Part shown: positions 26,501 to 33,069 of the stretch, piece by piece
Numbering within the stretch: the first letter of the stretch is position 1
Layout of the letters: each line of letters opens with the position of its first letter
From: Acidobacteriota bacterium
GTDB taxonomy: Bacteria; Acidobacteriota; UBA6911; RPQK01; JAPXNP01
NCBI GenBank assembly: GCA_030614585.1
Contig: JAUWTT010000001.1
Location: 1 to 33,069 of the forward strand
Direction: 5' to 3'
DNA length: 33,069 nt
Notes under the pieces: model-generated
What the model was told of the DNA's origin: nothing
The model's database searches: none
The model's input: only the letters and a program-made list of their open reading frames with translations
Position numbers and translations under genes: made by a program

Positions 26501-27559
26501 GCCGGATCCGTCAAAGAGATCAAACGTGAACCGTGGCAGAGAAATCCCCATCCTATCCAGGGAGAACTCCCCATCCAGGTCTTGGAAGGGAAGTTCTCTG
26601 ACTTGGACCAGGGGAGAGATAACCGTTCCAGACAGAACTGGCTCTGCCAGTAAACCATCGAGGTGTCCGGTGATCTGAACGCGCCCCTGCTCAACCTGGT
26701 CTGCGACGTGAAAGATCTCCAGATCTGCCAGGTTAACTTCCAGGTCCAGGTCGAGGTTATACCTCGGAGCCTCCAAATCCTCGACAGTGCCTGCCAATTG
26801 GGCGTCCACTGCGGGCCCGTTGAGTTCCAGGAGATGGAATTCAATTTGATTCTCGGTCAGGGTAAAGCGGGTTCGCACCTCTGAGACGGGAAGCGTGAAG
26901 TGATCGACACTTGATTCGAAGCCCGACAGATTGAGGTCACCGGCGTAAGCTTGACTCCCGGGTTTTCGCTGTAGTGAAAAGGTGAGAACCCCGTCCTGAG
27001 AATCAAAGACTATCCGCTCGTTCTCGTAGGACAGCATCCCGTTCTTGACCTGAACGCTGCCAATCTGGACTGTCCAGGGCAAGCCGGAACGGCCAGGAGT
27101 GTCTTCAGAAGGCGCAGAATCAGGCCGCAGGAAGATATTTTCAATGTTCAGCCTCCCGTTTGGGTCCTCGGCGATATGGACCTTGGGTTGCGAAACGAAT
27201 AGTTCATCCAGGTGCAGACCCTGTGAGAGGATTCGAAACAGGGAGAAGTTCAGCCGGGCTTTGGCTATTTCGATTGCTGGGATATCGACGCTATGGATTC
27301 TGCTTCGCAGTCTGAAGTTCTCGATCTCGACTGTCCCACCCAGAACTTCCAGGTGTGCCCGATCGATCGTTGCGGACACCGGAAAGCGTTCTTCAAGCGC
27401 AGTGACGATGCGGGTTTTGAGCCAGCGGTCGAACGAGTCACTCTCGAGCCAAAGCCAGGAAACAGACGCAAGTAGAGCCAGAATCCCGAGAAGGATCAGC
27501 GCGAAATTTCTTAGGTAGCGAGAGCGCCGAGACATTGTGTGAGTCAACTCTTGAACCAT
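23558..27559 (-). CDS. tamB: Translocation and assembly module protein TamB (AsmA-like, C-terminal DUF490)
   Basis: 1333 aa with an N-terminal signal-anchor helix, long beta-rich repetitive sequence, and a C-terminal DUF490-like end ...VVVQYRLSNWLTLVGTSDSEGSLALDIKFKNRF. Confidence 0.85.
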   Translation of the reverse strand: MVQELTHTMSRRSRYLRNFALILLGILALLASVSWLWLESDSFDRWLKTRIVTALEERFPVSATIDRAHLEVLGGTVEIENFRLRSRIHSVDIPAIEIAKARLNFSLFRILSQGLHLDELFVSQPKVHIAEDPNGRLNIENIFLRPDSAPSEDTPGRSGLPWTVQIGSVQVKNGMLSYENERIVFDSQDGVLTFSLQRKPGSQAYAGDLNLSGFESSVDHFTLPVSEVRTRFTLTENQIEFHLLELNGPAVDAQLAGTVEDLEAPRYNLDLDLEVNLADLEIFHVADQVEQGRVQITGHLDGLLAEPVLSGTVISPLVQVRELPFQDLDGEFSLDRMGISLPRFTFDLFDGSGSAKGQGYWNRDRSSEFRVQVARVDLSSLLSYANLENVMLAGSSDTTLTVVWPGMSLNEIEISGGFKYRGAGGEQGLSESMPFRSPLPFEGSGEVTYSNGSLELSNGHLTTEITDIDFSASIANTGTREFSATITSQSAQELLDVGTSLGLPWEEFRQRFDIDPSGQVRAKVDVKSPSTGTTTLDAQLRIQRIEMGSQLLGSISGQFHLADNQIRIESVELTNPEFELSGSAWLDRLSPAERFGIRTRVSKFPSGILFDALQIDPYFSGLVSGQFSVARNETDDYSGDGNIRLENIAVPGLPAGTIEGLSTRLSIRNGTLHLSDTILSSPAGELHGFLAYALESGSFSTRFDGEELSLGELPFPESLPSQGSLNLSIVGGGTLENPEISVTANSEVLHIAEYSLQGFQLSCLPEAGLNRFSIGGTFLDQPFQVSGTVEPTTPFPFKAQLVLRDTPLSPYLVLLTETDVSGVEAFLTGLIEAEGTLKEFSKLQLRGDLQRLRLMLRDYELTTAESITLTLADGSIQIPSLHFIGEGTDLRVQGQIDLKEQGSVNLKLVGNSSLLLLNAALEKASVEGRLDLETNISGPLDSPQIVGTATLSRARFVHSDLPISFWNIQGSLKFTPAQLSLEHLVADTEFGRINLDGGVFLESFVPQRWQISAVGTGLQVEYPADVISTVDMNLSLVKTLGTQLISGTIYLRSSEFTKNITLADLILQLAQPASTRQGPSGQEDIALDISVTGHRSVRIDNNLGDITASANLSMIGTVANPVILGSISIDEGALYLEGNDFDINRGTISFNDPYKTSPYFNFEAETTIREYEITASVRGPMERIRASFNSDPPLSTAGVVSLLATGQTPEEIFGSGTTSQTESGTLALYGAGALLSKTLGKELESQTSKLFGLQRFSVDPFIDSGRDRDPGARITLGVQLSKNVNVTYVSSLGKELLGQTVVVQYRLSNWLTLVGTSDSEGSLALDIKFKNRF

Positions 27560-27589
27560 GTTAACAGAAGTCGCGAACTCTGCCGAAGA

Positions 27590-27807
27590 CTGGGAGCTGG
27601 GAACTGGGAGCTAGGAACTGGGAACTGGGAACTGGGATCAAACCACTCAATCACTAAGACACAAGAAGATCTTGCTAGTGATTTCGTGCTTTAGTGGTTG
27701 ATCCTGTTTCCCTCCGCCCAACCTCGCCGGTATCCGGCATCTGGGATTTTCGATTTGCGATTTACGATTTGGCATCTGGCATCTGGTATCCGGTATCTGG
27801 CATCCGC
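27590..27807. repeat. Mosaic intergenic repeat, copy A (CTGGGAR heptamer array + 80-nt core + 11 degenerate heptamers)
   Basis: 27590-27637: CTGGGAG CTGGGAA CTGGGAG CTAGGAA CTGGGAA CTGGGAA CTGGGA. The core 27636-27715 is the reverse complement of 30254-30333 at 75/80 positions. 27726-27802: tandem TYYNSNA heptamers (TCCGGCA TCTGGGA TTTTCGA TTTGCGA TTTACGA TTTGGCA TCTGGCA TCTGGTA TCCGGTA TCTGGCA). Confidence 0.85.
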
Positions 27808-27858
27808 TTAACCGGCTTCCTCTTTCTCTACAGCGCAAATGTCTCGGGGCAGGCAACG

Positions 27859-27888
27859 TTGACAAACTTTCCCTGGAATGATTAAGAT
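27859..27888 (+). promoter_or_regulatory. Candidate sigma70-type promoter for the rsbW-like/STAS operon
   Basis: TTGACA (27859-27864), 18-nt spacer, TAAGAT (27883-27888), about 105 nt upstream of GTG 27994. Confidence 0.3.
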
Positions 27889-27993
27889 TCCAAGTCTTTC
27901 TTGAGAGTGCTATTTGGCTAAAGCTGCAAGGAACGGGAACGGGTTTCTCACTCGAAATCACTCGGCAACCGAAGGGATGGAATTGACTGAACG

Positions 27994-28449
27994 GTGAGCG
28001 CAGCCGTAAGTAGAGATTTAGAATTCAGTTTTGGCAGCGAGATTGGCTACCTGGATTTGGTACAAGGGGTCTCAGATGGGGTTTCTGCGTTGGCCGGGTT
28101 TGACACAGATTCCCAGTATTGGATCGGTCTGGCGGTTCGCGAGGCAGTGACCAACGCAATCTTGCATGGAAACCAGGAAGACGCCAAGAAGAAGGTTGTG
28201 CTAGTTTTCAGAATCTGCGAAGATCGGTTGGAGATTATTGTCAGGGATCAGGGAAAGGGAATCGAAGGTTTGGACATTCCCGATCCACTTGATCCGGAGA
28301 ACTTGTTAAGACCGGGCGGTAGAGGTATCTTCTTTGTACGGTCGTTCATGGATAATGTTGATTTCAGAGTCGCTCCGGAAGGAGGGCATGAAATAGTAAT
28401 GGAAAAGGTTAGATCACAGGAGAAGCGGGGAAAAGACGATGACAATTGA
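27994..28449 (+). CDS. Anti-sigma regulatory factor, serine protein kinase (RsbW/SpoIIAB-like HATPase_c)
   Basis: N-box AVREAVTNAILHGN, DQGKGI, and G-box GGRGIFFVRSFMD. GTG start. Overlaps the STAS gene by 11 nt. Confidence 0.85.
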   Translation: MSAAVSRDLEFSFGSEIGYLDLVQGVSDGVSALAGFDTDSQYWIGLAVREAVTNAILHGNQEDAKKKVVLVFRICEDRLEIIVRDQGKGIEGLDIPDPLDPENLLRPGGRGIFFVRSFMDNVDFRVAPEGGHEIVMEKVRSQEKRGKDDDN

Positions 28450-28780
28450 TACTCGGACAGCTGATGGTGTCACGATTCTCGACATCCACGGTAAGATCAC
28501 GATTGGAGAGGGGAGTGCCGAGATCCGTAATACGGTTCGGGACCTTCTTCAGGCCGGCAGGAAGAAGATTCTACTGAACATGGAAGACGTGAGTTATGTC
28601 GACAGTTCAGGCATCGGTGAGATGGTGAGCTCATTTACGACCGTCACAAACCAGGATGGCCAGTTGAAGCTGCTTCATCTCACCAAGAAGTTGCGTGAAC
28701 TGCTTGCCATCACCAAGCTTTTGACCGTATTTGATTCGTACACCGACGAAGCGGAGGCACTCTCAAGCTTTTCCAGCTAG
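28439..28780 (+). CDS. STAS-domain anti-sigma-factor antagonist (SpoIIAA/RsbV-like)
   Basis: 113 aa. VTILDIHGKITIGEG ... and the phosphorylatable-serine context VSYVDSSGIGEMV. Confidence 0.9.
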   Translation: MTIDTRTADGVTILDIHGKITIGEGSAEIRNTVRDLLQAGRKKILLNMEDVSYVDSSGIGEMVSSFTTVTNQDGQLKLLHLTKKLRELLAITKLLTVFDSYTDEAEALSSFSS

Positions 28781-28894
28781 GGAGTCCAGACCGGCGGCCT
28801 CGCTGATTGGTTCTCCTGTTTTGCCGGCCGGGTTGCTTGAGTCTCTTTGGCTTTTCAATCAGGCTGCTGAGTCGGGCGAACTGGAAACTGGGTT

Positions 28895-28978
28895 AAGGCC
28901 GAGTTCGCTTCTCATTTTCTCAACACGGATATACCCTTGTTGGCCGGGTGCTGTTTATCAGAACTCGGCCTTCTTTTT
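28895..28978 (+). terminator. Long-range 12-bp perfect stem followed by a T-run (terminator-like or structured RNA)
   Basis: aaggccgagttc (28895-28906) pairs perfectly with gaactcggcctt (28961-28972). The loop is 54 nt, followed by cTTTTTg (28973-28979). Confidence 0.3.
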
Positions 28979-29189
28979 GAGAGAGGAATCCTGTAAGCCT
29001 TTGGGGAAGGCGTAGTGCCGTTTTTAGCAATTGCACTCGGGATTCCGATCATCGGTTTGGCGGTCCCTGTCGCAGTGGTTGACCATCTTGCTGCTAAGTT
29101 TTACTCTTCCTGGTCGCTTTCCTGAGTAACTTCGGCACCGAGTTGGGCGATGGTTTGGCTTCGGCTTGGGGCACTTCGATTAGCGAATC

Positions 29190-30230
29190 ATGGAGGAATG
29201 GCTAGCTGAAATCGTTGTTGCGTTGTCTTGGCCCTTTTTGGCCGGACTAATCGCCTTGTGTCTGGTTGTCTTGGCAAAGGGAGCGGGCTGGCTCGTTGAT
29301 GAAGCGGTTACACTCTCGAAGCGGTCGGGCATCCCCAAAGTCATCATAGGGGCTACGGTTGTCAGTCTCGGTACTACGACTCCCGAAGCAGTGGTTTCGG
29401 TCCTCGCTGCGTTTCAGGGGAGGCCGGGACTTGCGCTGGGCAATGCCGTAGGCTCGATCATATGTGATACCGGGCTGATCCTGGGACTTGCCTGCTTGAT
29501 CTCCCCCCTTCCACTGGACCGCAAGATCGTGAACCGCCAGGGCTGGATCCAGTTCGGCAGTGGTATCTTGCTGGTGCTCGCTTGCTTGCCGTGGGGAAAC
29601 CTTGGGATGGTGTTTATCGACGGGGGGCGCATGCCGAGGTGGGTCGGCTTTGCATTCCTGGTTCTACTTGTCGGGTACCTGCTCCAATCAGTCCGTTGGG
29701 CAAAAACACAGGATGACTCAAGCGCAGAGGTGCCGTCGGCGATTGAGCCACCAGAAGACGCGGCAGGGACCTCAATTCCGCTCATGTTTGTGAAGCTGGT
29801 TGGCGCAGTGGTGCTGGTGGTTGGTTCATCCTGGGTACTCATTCCCGCCGTTTCGGAGGCGGCCACGCGGCTGCAGGTTCCGGACAGCATCATTGCAGCG
29901 ACCCTTGTCGCGTTTGGAACGTCACTTCCTGAGCTTGTGACTGCCGTGACTGCTGCGTATCAGGGACATGGTGAACTGGCTGTCGGAAATGTTGTGGGTG
30001 CCGATATTCTCAACGTTCTTTTTGTGGCAGGTGCCGCCGCAGCGGTGACGCAGGGAGGTCTCCAGGCGCCCTCTCACTTTTTCTCCCTCTATTTTCCTTC
30101 CATGCTTCTCGTCCTTGTGGTCTTCAGAGTTGGAATCTGGCTGTCTGGAGACCGGCTCAAGAGGCCGTTCGGCGTTGTCCTTCTCGGAACTTACATTGTG
30201 GTGAGCGTATTGAGTTACGCCGGGCAGTGA
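29190..30230 (+). CDS. Sodium:calcium antiporter, CaCA family (YrbG-like)
   Basis: 346 aa, polytopic. Two alpha-repeat motifs: GATVVSLGTTTPEAVVS and GNAVGSIICD in the first half, LVAFGTSLPELVTAV and GNVVGADILNV in the second. Confidence 0.9.
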   Translation: MEEWLAEIVVALSWPFLAGLIALCLVVLAKGAGWLVDEAVTLSKRSGIPKVIIGATVVSLGTTTPEAVVSVLAAFQGRPGLALGNAVGSIICDTGLILGLACLISPLPLDRKIVNRQGWIQFGSGILLVLACLPWGNLGMVFIDGGRMPRWVGFAFLVLLVGYLLQSVRWAKTQDDSSAEVPSAIEPPEDAAGTSIPLMFVKLVGAVVLVVGSSWVLIPAVSEAATRLQVPDSIIAATLVAFGTSLPELVTAVTAAYQGHGELAVGNVVGADILNVLFVAGAAAAVTQGGLQAPSHFFSLYFPSMLLVLVVFRVGIWLSGDRLKRPFGVVLLGTYIVVSVLSYAGQ

Positions 30231-30232
30231 GG

Positions 30233-30375
30233 GAAGAACGACGAACGACGAGTGGAGGGAAACAGGATCAATCACTAAAGCACGAATTCACTAGTAGGAT
30301 CTTCTTGTGTCTTAGTGATTTAGTGGTTTGATCCCCAGTCGCCAGTTCCCAGACCCCAGACCTCCACAGTTCCAA
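30233..30375. repeat. Mosaic intergenic repeat, copy B (inverted relative to copy A)
   Basis: GAAGAAC GACGAAC GACGAGT (30233-30253). Core 30254-30333. CCCAGTC GCCAGTT CCCAGAC CCCAGAC (30334-30361) is the complement-strand version of the CTGGGAR array of copy A. Confidence 0.85.
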
Positions 30376-30449
30376 GAGCGAAGGCGGATGCAAAAGAAGT
30401 TGCCAACACGGCATGCGCTTCTGACACTATACTCGGCAGCAAATTCGGA

Positions 30450-31775
30450 TTAGATATTCTTCGAAATATCGTTGATGATGACTACACCCATCAGCAGAAT
30501 GAGAAAGATAAACCCAACCTGAAAGATCCGCTCTTTCACCTTCAGGCTCAGGTCCTTTCTCAATATTGATTCGATCAGGATGAGAGTGATCATCCCGCCA
30601 TCGAGAATGGGGATGGGAAAGAGGTTGAAAATCCCCAGTTGGAGCGAAATGAAAGCAATGAAGCTGGTCAGAGCCTGTGCCCCCTGAGCTGCTGCTTGTC
30701 CTGAGTACCGGGCGATCTCGATTGGCCCCGACATCACTTTCAGAGACGTCTTGCCGGTCAGGAGCTTTCCGACTATCTGAACAGTCATAAGGGTCAACTG
30801 ATAGCAGCGCTGGATCGATTTTGACAGCGCTTCGAGTGGTCCATACCGCTCCAGCTTAGTGCCAAAAGAAGGCACCTCTCCGATCATTATCCCCACCCTG
30901 GGGTGGCCATCGACTTCGACGGGTACTATCATCGTCGTGAAACTGGTATCGTCGCGACGAACGGTGAATTCCAGGGGCTCACCTTCGCTGCCTGCAATAA
31001 GATCAAGGATCGCCGGAAGTCGTTGAGCCGTTGTTTCGCTATCCGCGACCTGGACAACGGTGTCCCCTGCCTGTAATCCTCCGTCCTCTGCGGGTCCAGG
31101 TTGTACAGCAGAAATTACGTTGTCCACCTTTGAAAACACCCCAAGAAAGCCGGTTCCTGTTGAGGGGTTTTCATCGATTCGAACCATTTTCTGAATCGGC
31201 GCACCGGCCCTGATCAGTTCAACCTCAACCAGTTGCCCCGGGCTGGTCATGACACTGAGTGTGAGGTCTTCCCAGGTGGGTGTTGGATCACCTGCAACCG
31301 ATACGATGTGATCTCCTTCTCTCAGATCAAACTCTTGGGCTGGGGAGTCCTGCACCACGTATCCTACAATCGCGGGTTCGCTCAGGTAAGCAGGGATCTG
31401 GACACCCACAATGAAGTTCCCCGTCAGCAAGAGAATTGCCAGTCCAATGTTCATCGCCGGCCCAGCTATTGCAACGGCAAGCCGGTGGGATTTGGGACGT
31501 GAGAGGAACTCATCAGGACTTCCGGTCAGTTCGTCATCGTAGTGTTCACCTGCCATCTTGACGTACCCGCCTAACGGCAGAAGGCTGATTCGGTAGTCCG
31601 TGCCGCCGCTCTTGAATCCAGCCAGTCGGGGGCCAAAACCGAGTGAGAACACATCGACCCCGATCTTCAGGAACTTTGCCATCAAGTGGTGCCCCAGCTC
31701 ATGCACGAAAATCATGATTCCGAGCACGATCACGAACCAGGCTACTGTCCAACTCAGGGAATTAAGTATCTCCAA
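30450..31775 (-). CDS. rseP: RIP metalloprotease RseP (site-2 protease, M50, with PDZ domains)
   Basis: HELGHHLMAKF zinc motif in TM1, central PDZ-like units (PAQEFDLREGDHIVSV and PAEDGGLQAGDTVVQV), C-terminal NLFPIPILDGG. TTG start at 31775 preceded by AAAGGAAG. Confidence 0.9.
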   Translation of the reverse strand: MEILNSLSWTVAWFVIVLGIMIFVHELGHHLMAKFLKIGVDVFSLGFGPRLAGFKSGGTDYRISLLPLGGYVKMAGEHYDDELTGSPDEFLSRPKSHRLAVAIAGPAMNIGLAILLLTGNFIVGVQIPAYLSEPAIVGYVVQDSPAQEFDLREGDHIVSVAGDPTPTWEDLTLSVMTSPGQLVEVELIRAGAPIQKMVRIDENPSTGTGFLGVFSKVDNVISAVQPGPAEDGGLQAGDTVVQVADSETTAQRLPAILDLIAGSEGEPLEFTVRRDDTSFTTMIVPVEVDGHPRVGIMIGEVPSFGTKLERYGPLEALSKSIQRCYQLTLMTVQIVGKLLTGKTSLKVMSGPIEIARYSGQAAAQGAQALTSFIAFISLQLGIFNLFPIPILDGGMITLILIESILRKDLSLKVKERIFQVGFIFLILLMGVVIINDISKNI

Positions 31776-31929
31776 CGGTGAGCTTCCTTTCGTTTTTGAG
31801 AGTACTATTCTACCTTACAACAGACGTTGGAAAACGAGTTCCGTTTCAATGGTACACGAGAACTCTGGGTGTGCCGTTGCTGCAGGCGCTCGGATCATTG
31901 AGGACGACGCCGAAAGATCCTACGCGACC

Positions 31930-31959
31930 CCGAGCTATCGAGACTCCGAGACCCGAGAC
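31930..31959. repeat. Heptamer array immediately after the dxr stop
   Basis: CCGAGCTAT CGAGACT CCGAGAC CCGAGAC. A short gatc-bounded segment ggatcattgaggacgacgccgaaagatcc (31892-31920) lies next to it. Confidence 0.4.
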
Positions 31960-31963
31960 TTGT

Positions 31964-33069
31964 TCAGACCTGAACCCAACCGCTTTGTCTCGCCAGCCTC
32001 AGCGCCTCCTCACGTGTGCACCTGTCTACTTCGAGCACGGCTTCGAGGCTCTCCACTTCAATGCGCTGGTGAGCTTCCAGGGTTTCGTCGATCAACTCGG
32101 GAATCCTGAGAAAAGGCATCTGGCCTTCCAGGAAGAGTCCTACGGCCACCTCATTTGCTGCGTTCAAGGCGGCCGGACACGAACCACCAGCCCGGAGTGC
32201 CTGATAGGCAAGGTCCAGACAGGGGAAGCGGGCTGTATCGGGGCCTTCAAAACTGAGTTCTGGAAGTGAAAACAGATTCAGTTCAGGGAGACGGGACTTC
32301 CATCGTTCGGGATACGCAAACGCGTAGAGCAGAGAGGTTCTCATGTCGGTAATACTCATTTGCGCCAGCATCGTTCCATCTATGAACTCGACGATTGAGT
32401 GGATTACCGACTGTGGGTGGATGGCGACCGAGATCTGGTCCGGTGAGAAGCCAAAGAAGTGATGGGCTTCAATCACTTCAAGGCCTTTGTTCATAAGGGT
32501 GGCGGAGTCGATCGTGATCTTAGGCCCCATTTCCCACGTAGGATGATCCAGCGCCTGTTCGACAGTTATTTCGGCCATCGAGTCGCGAGTCCAGTTTACA
32601 AACGGACCACCTGAGGCGGTGAGGAGGAGACGACGGACTTCGGAAGATTCTGCGCCTCTCAGGCACTGGTGGAGCGCGCTGTGTTCACTATCGACGGGCA
32701 GTAATTGAGAGTTCTGTCGACGAGCCAGGTTGACTAGCAGCTCGCCGGCCATCACGAGGGTTTCCTTGTTTGCCAGTGCGATCTTCTTGCCCTCTTTGAT
32801 CGCGTGGTAGGTTGGAAGAAGCCCGGCAGCACCCATAATAGAAGAAAGAACTACGGTGGCTTCAGCGTGGCAGGAGACTTCCACCAAACCCTCGGCACCT
32901 GATGCGACCCGAGTTCCCGGAAGCTGTCGACTCAGTGTTTTTGCAGCATCCTCGTCATGGAGTGCAACCAGTGTTGGACGATACTTGGCCGCTTGTTCGA
33001 AAAGCAAATCTGTGTTCCTGTTCGCGGCCAGAGCTACAACCTCAAACATCTCCGGGTACAGGTCAACCA
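31964..33069 (-). CDS. dxr: 1-deoxy-D-xylulose 5-phosphate reductoisomerase (N-terminus beyond the window end)
   Basis: LANKETLVMAGEL, LPVDSEHSALHQCL and HPTWEMGPKITIDSATLMNKGLEVIEAHHFF. The reading frame stays open to base 33069. Confidence 0.9.
   Translation of the reverse strand, partial: VDLYPEMFEVVALAANRNTDLLFEQAAKYRPTLVALHDEDAAKTLSRQLPGTRVASGAEGLVEVSCHAEATVVLSSIMGAAGLLPTYHAIKEGKKIALANKETLVMAGELLVNLARRQNSQLLPVDSEHSALHQCLRGAESSEVRRLLLTASGGPFVNWTRDSMAEITVEQALDHPTWEMGPKITIDSATLMNKGLEVIEAHHFFGFSPDQISVAIHPQSVIHSIVEFIDGTMLAQMSITDMRTSLLYAFAYPERWKSRLPELNLFSLPELSFEGPDTARFPCLDLAYQALRAGGSCPAALNAANEVAVGLFLEGQMPFLRIPELIDETLEAHQRIEVESLEAVLEVDRCTREEALRLARQSGWVQV

Noticed and set aside
27590-27807. Possible CRISPR array
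   Set aside because: The repeat units are 7 nt, contiguous and degenerate. There are no 25-40 nt direct repeats separated by unique spacers, and no cas genes in the window.
27647-27961. 104-aa minus-strand ORF, plus the 63-aa plus-strand ORF at 27694-27885, in the tamB/rsbW spacer
   Set aside because: Both are translations of the heptamer arrays and palindromic core (periodic low-complexity peptides). No SD and no recognisable domain. Better explained as repeat DNA.
28731-29015. 94-aa plus-strand ORF overlapping the end of the STAS gene
   Set aside because: Out of frame with a well-supported gene, no SD, and low-complexity Pro/Ser/Leu-rich sequence. It runs through the long-range stem.
28990-29130. 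yybP-ykoY (Mn2+) type riboswitch upstream of the cation transporter
   Set aside because: Only a loose resemblance (GGGGAAGGCGTAG versus GGGGAGUAG, GTTGACCAT versus UUGACAUA). I could not find the closing P1 helix or the conserved 3' AGACC element.
27590-30375. Composite transposon or autonomous mobile element
   Set aside because: No transposase, integrase or recombinase gene lies inside or next to the bracketed segment, and no obvious target-site duplication. The repeats look like a dispersed non-autonomous family rather than IS ends.
31600-32269. Plus-strand ORFs of 169 aa and 163 aa across the rseP/dxr junction
   Set aside because: Antisense shadows of rseP and dxr that run through the repeat-containing spacer. 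No domain evidence.

Overview
Mostly housekeeping chromosomal window from a diderm bacterium. The gene content (TamB/BamA/SurA-like operon, heptose-LPS genes, ZAS anti-sigma, split B12 mutase) fits an Acidobacteriota-like lineage, but the taxon cannot be proven from sequence alone. Plus-strand block, 0-10.2 kb: DUF58 + TgpA-like transglutaminase, rimO, yacG, pgpA, cinA, thpR, GT9 heptosyltransferase, heptose-7-P kinase, then an RHH-antitoxin/MazF pair. Minus-strand block, 10.4-16.2 kb: rhamnose-isomerase-like enzyme, SprT/DUF45-like metallopeptidase, split B12 acyl-CoA mutase, and an ECF sigma / ZAS anti-sigma / secreted helical protein operon. The rest: a two-PDZ secreted protein, lexA, dtd, DUF1330, tamB-bamA-surA-like operon, rsbW-like kinase + STAS antagonist + CaCA antiporter, rseP, and dxr (N-terminus beyond the window end). 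I saw no rRNA, intact tRNA, CRISPR array, transposase or integrase. The most unusual content is non-coding. A family of mosaic intergenic repeats combines a 65-80 nt imperfect-palindrome core with degenerate tandem heptamer arrays drawn from a shared set of units. Clear copies lie at about 11.7, 27.6 and 30.3 kb, with relatives at 3.4, 10.3, 17.4 and 31.9 kb. Two copies (75/80 identical, inverted) bracket the plus-strand rsbW-STAS-CaCA cassette, which sits between rseP and tamB-bamA, where rseP-bamA adjacency is the widespread arrangement. Secondary points: a direct-repeat candidate operator inside the lexA promoter; a near-leaderless, palindrome-guarded mazEF promoter beside a tRNA-like fragment; isobutyryl-CoA-mutase-type signature residues in the mutase; and an ECF-type promoter in front of the PDZ gene.
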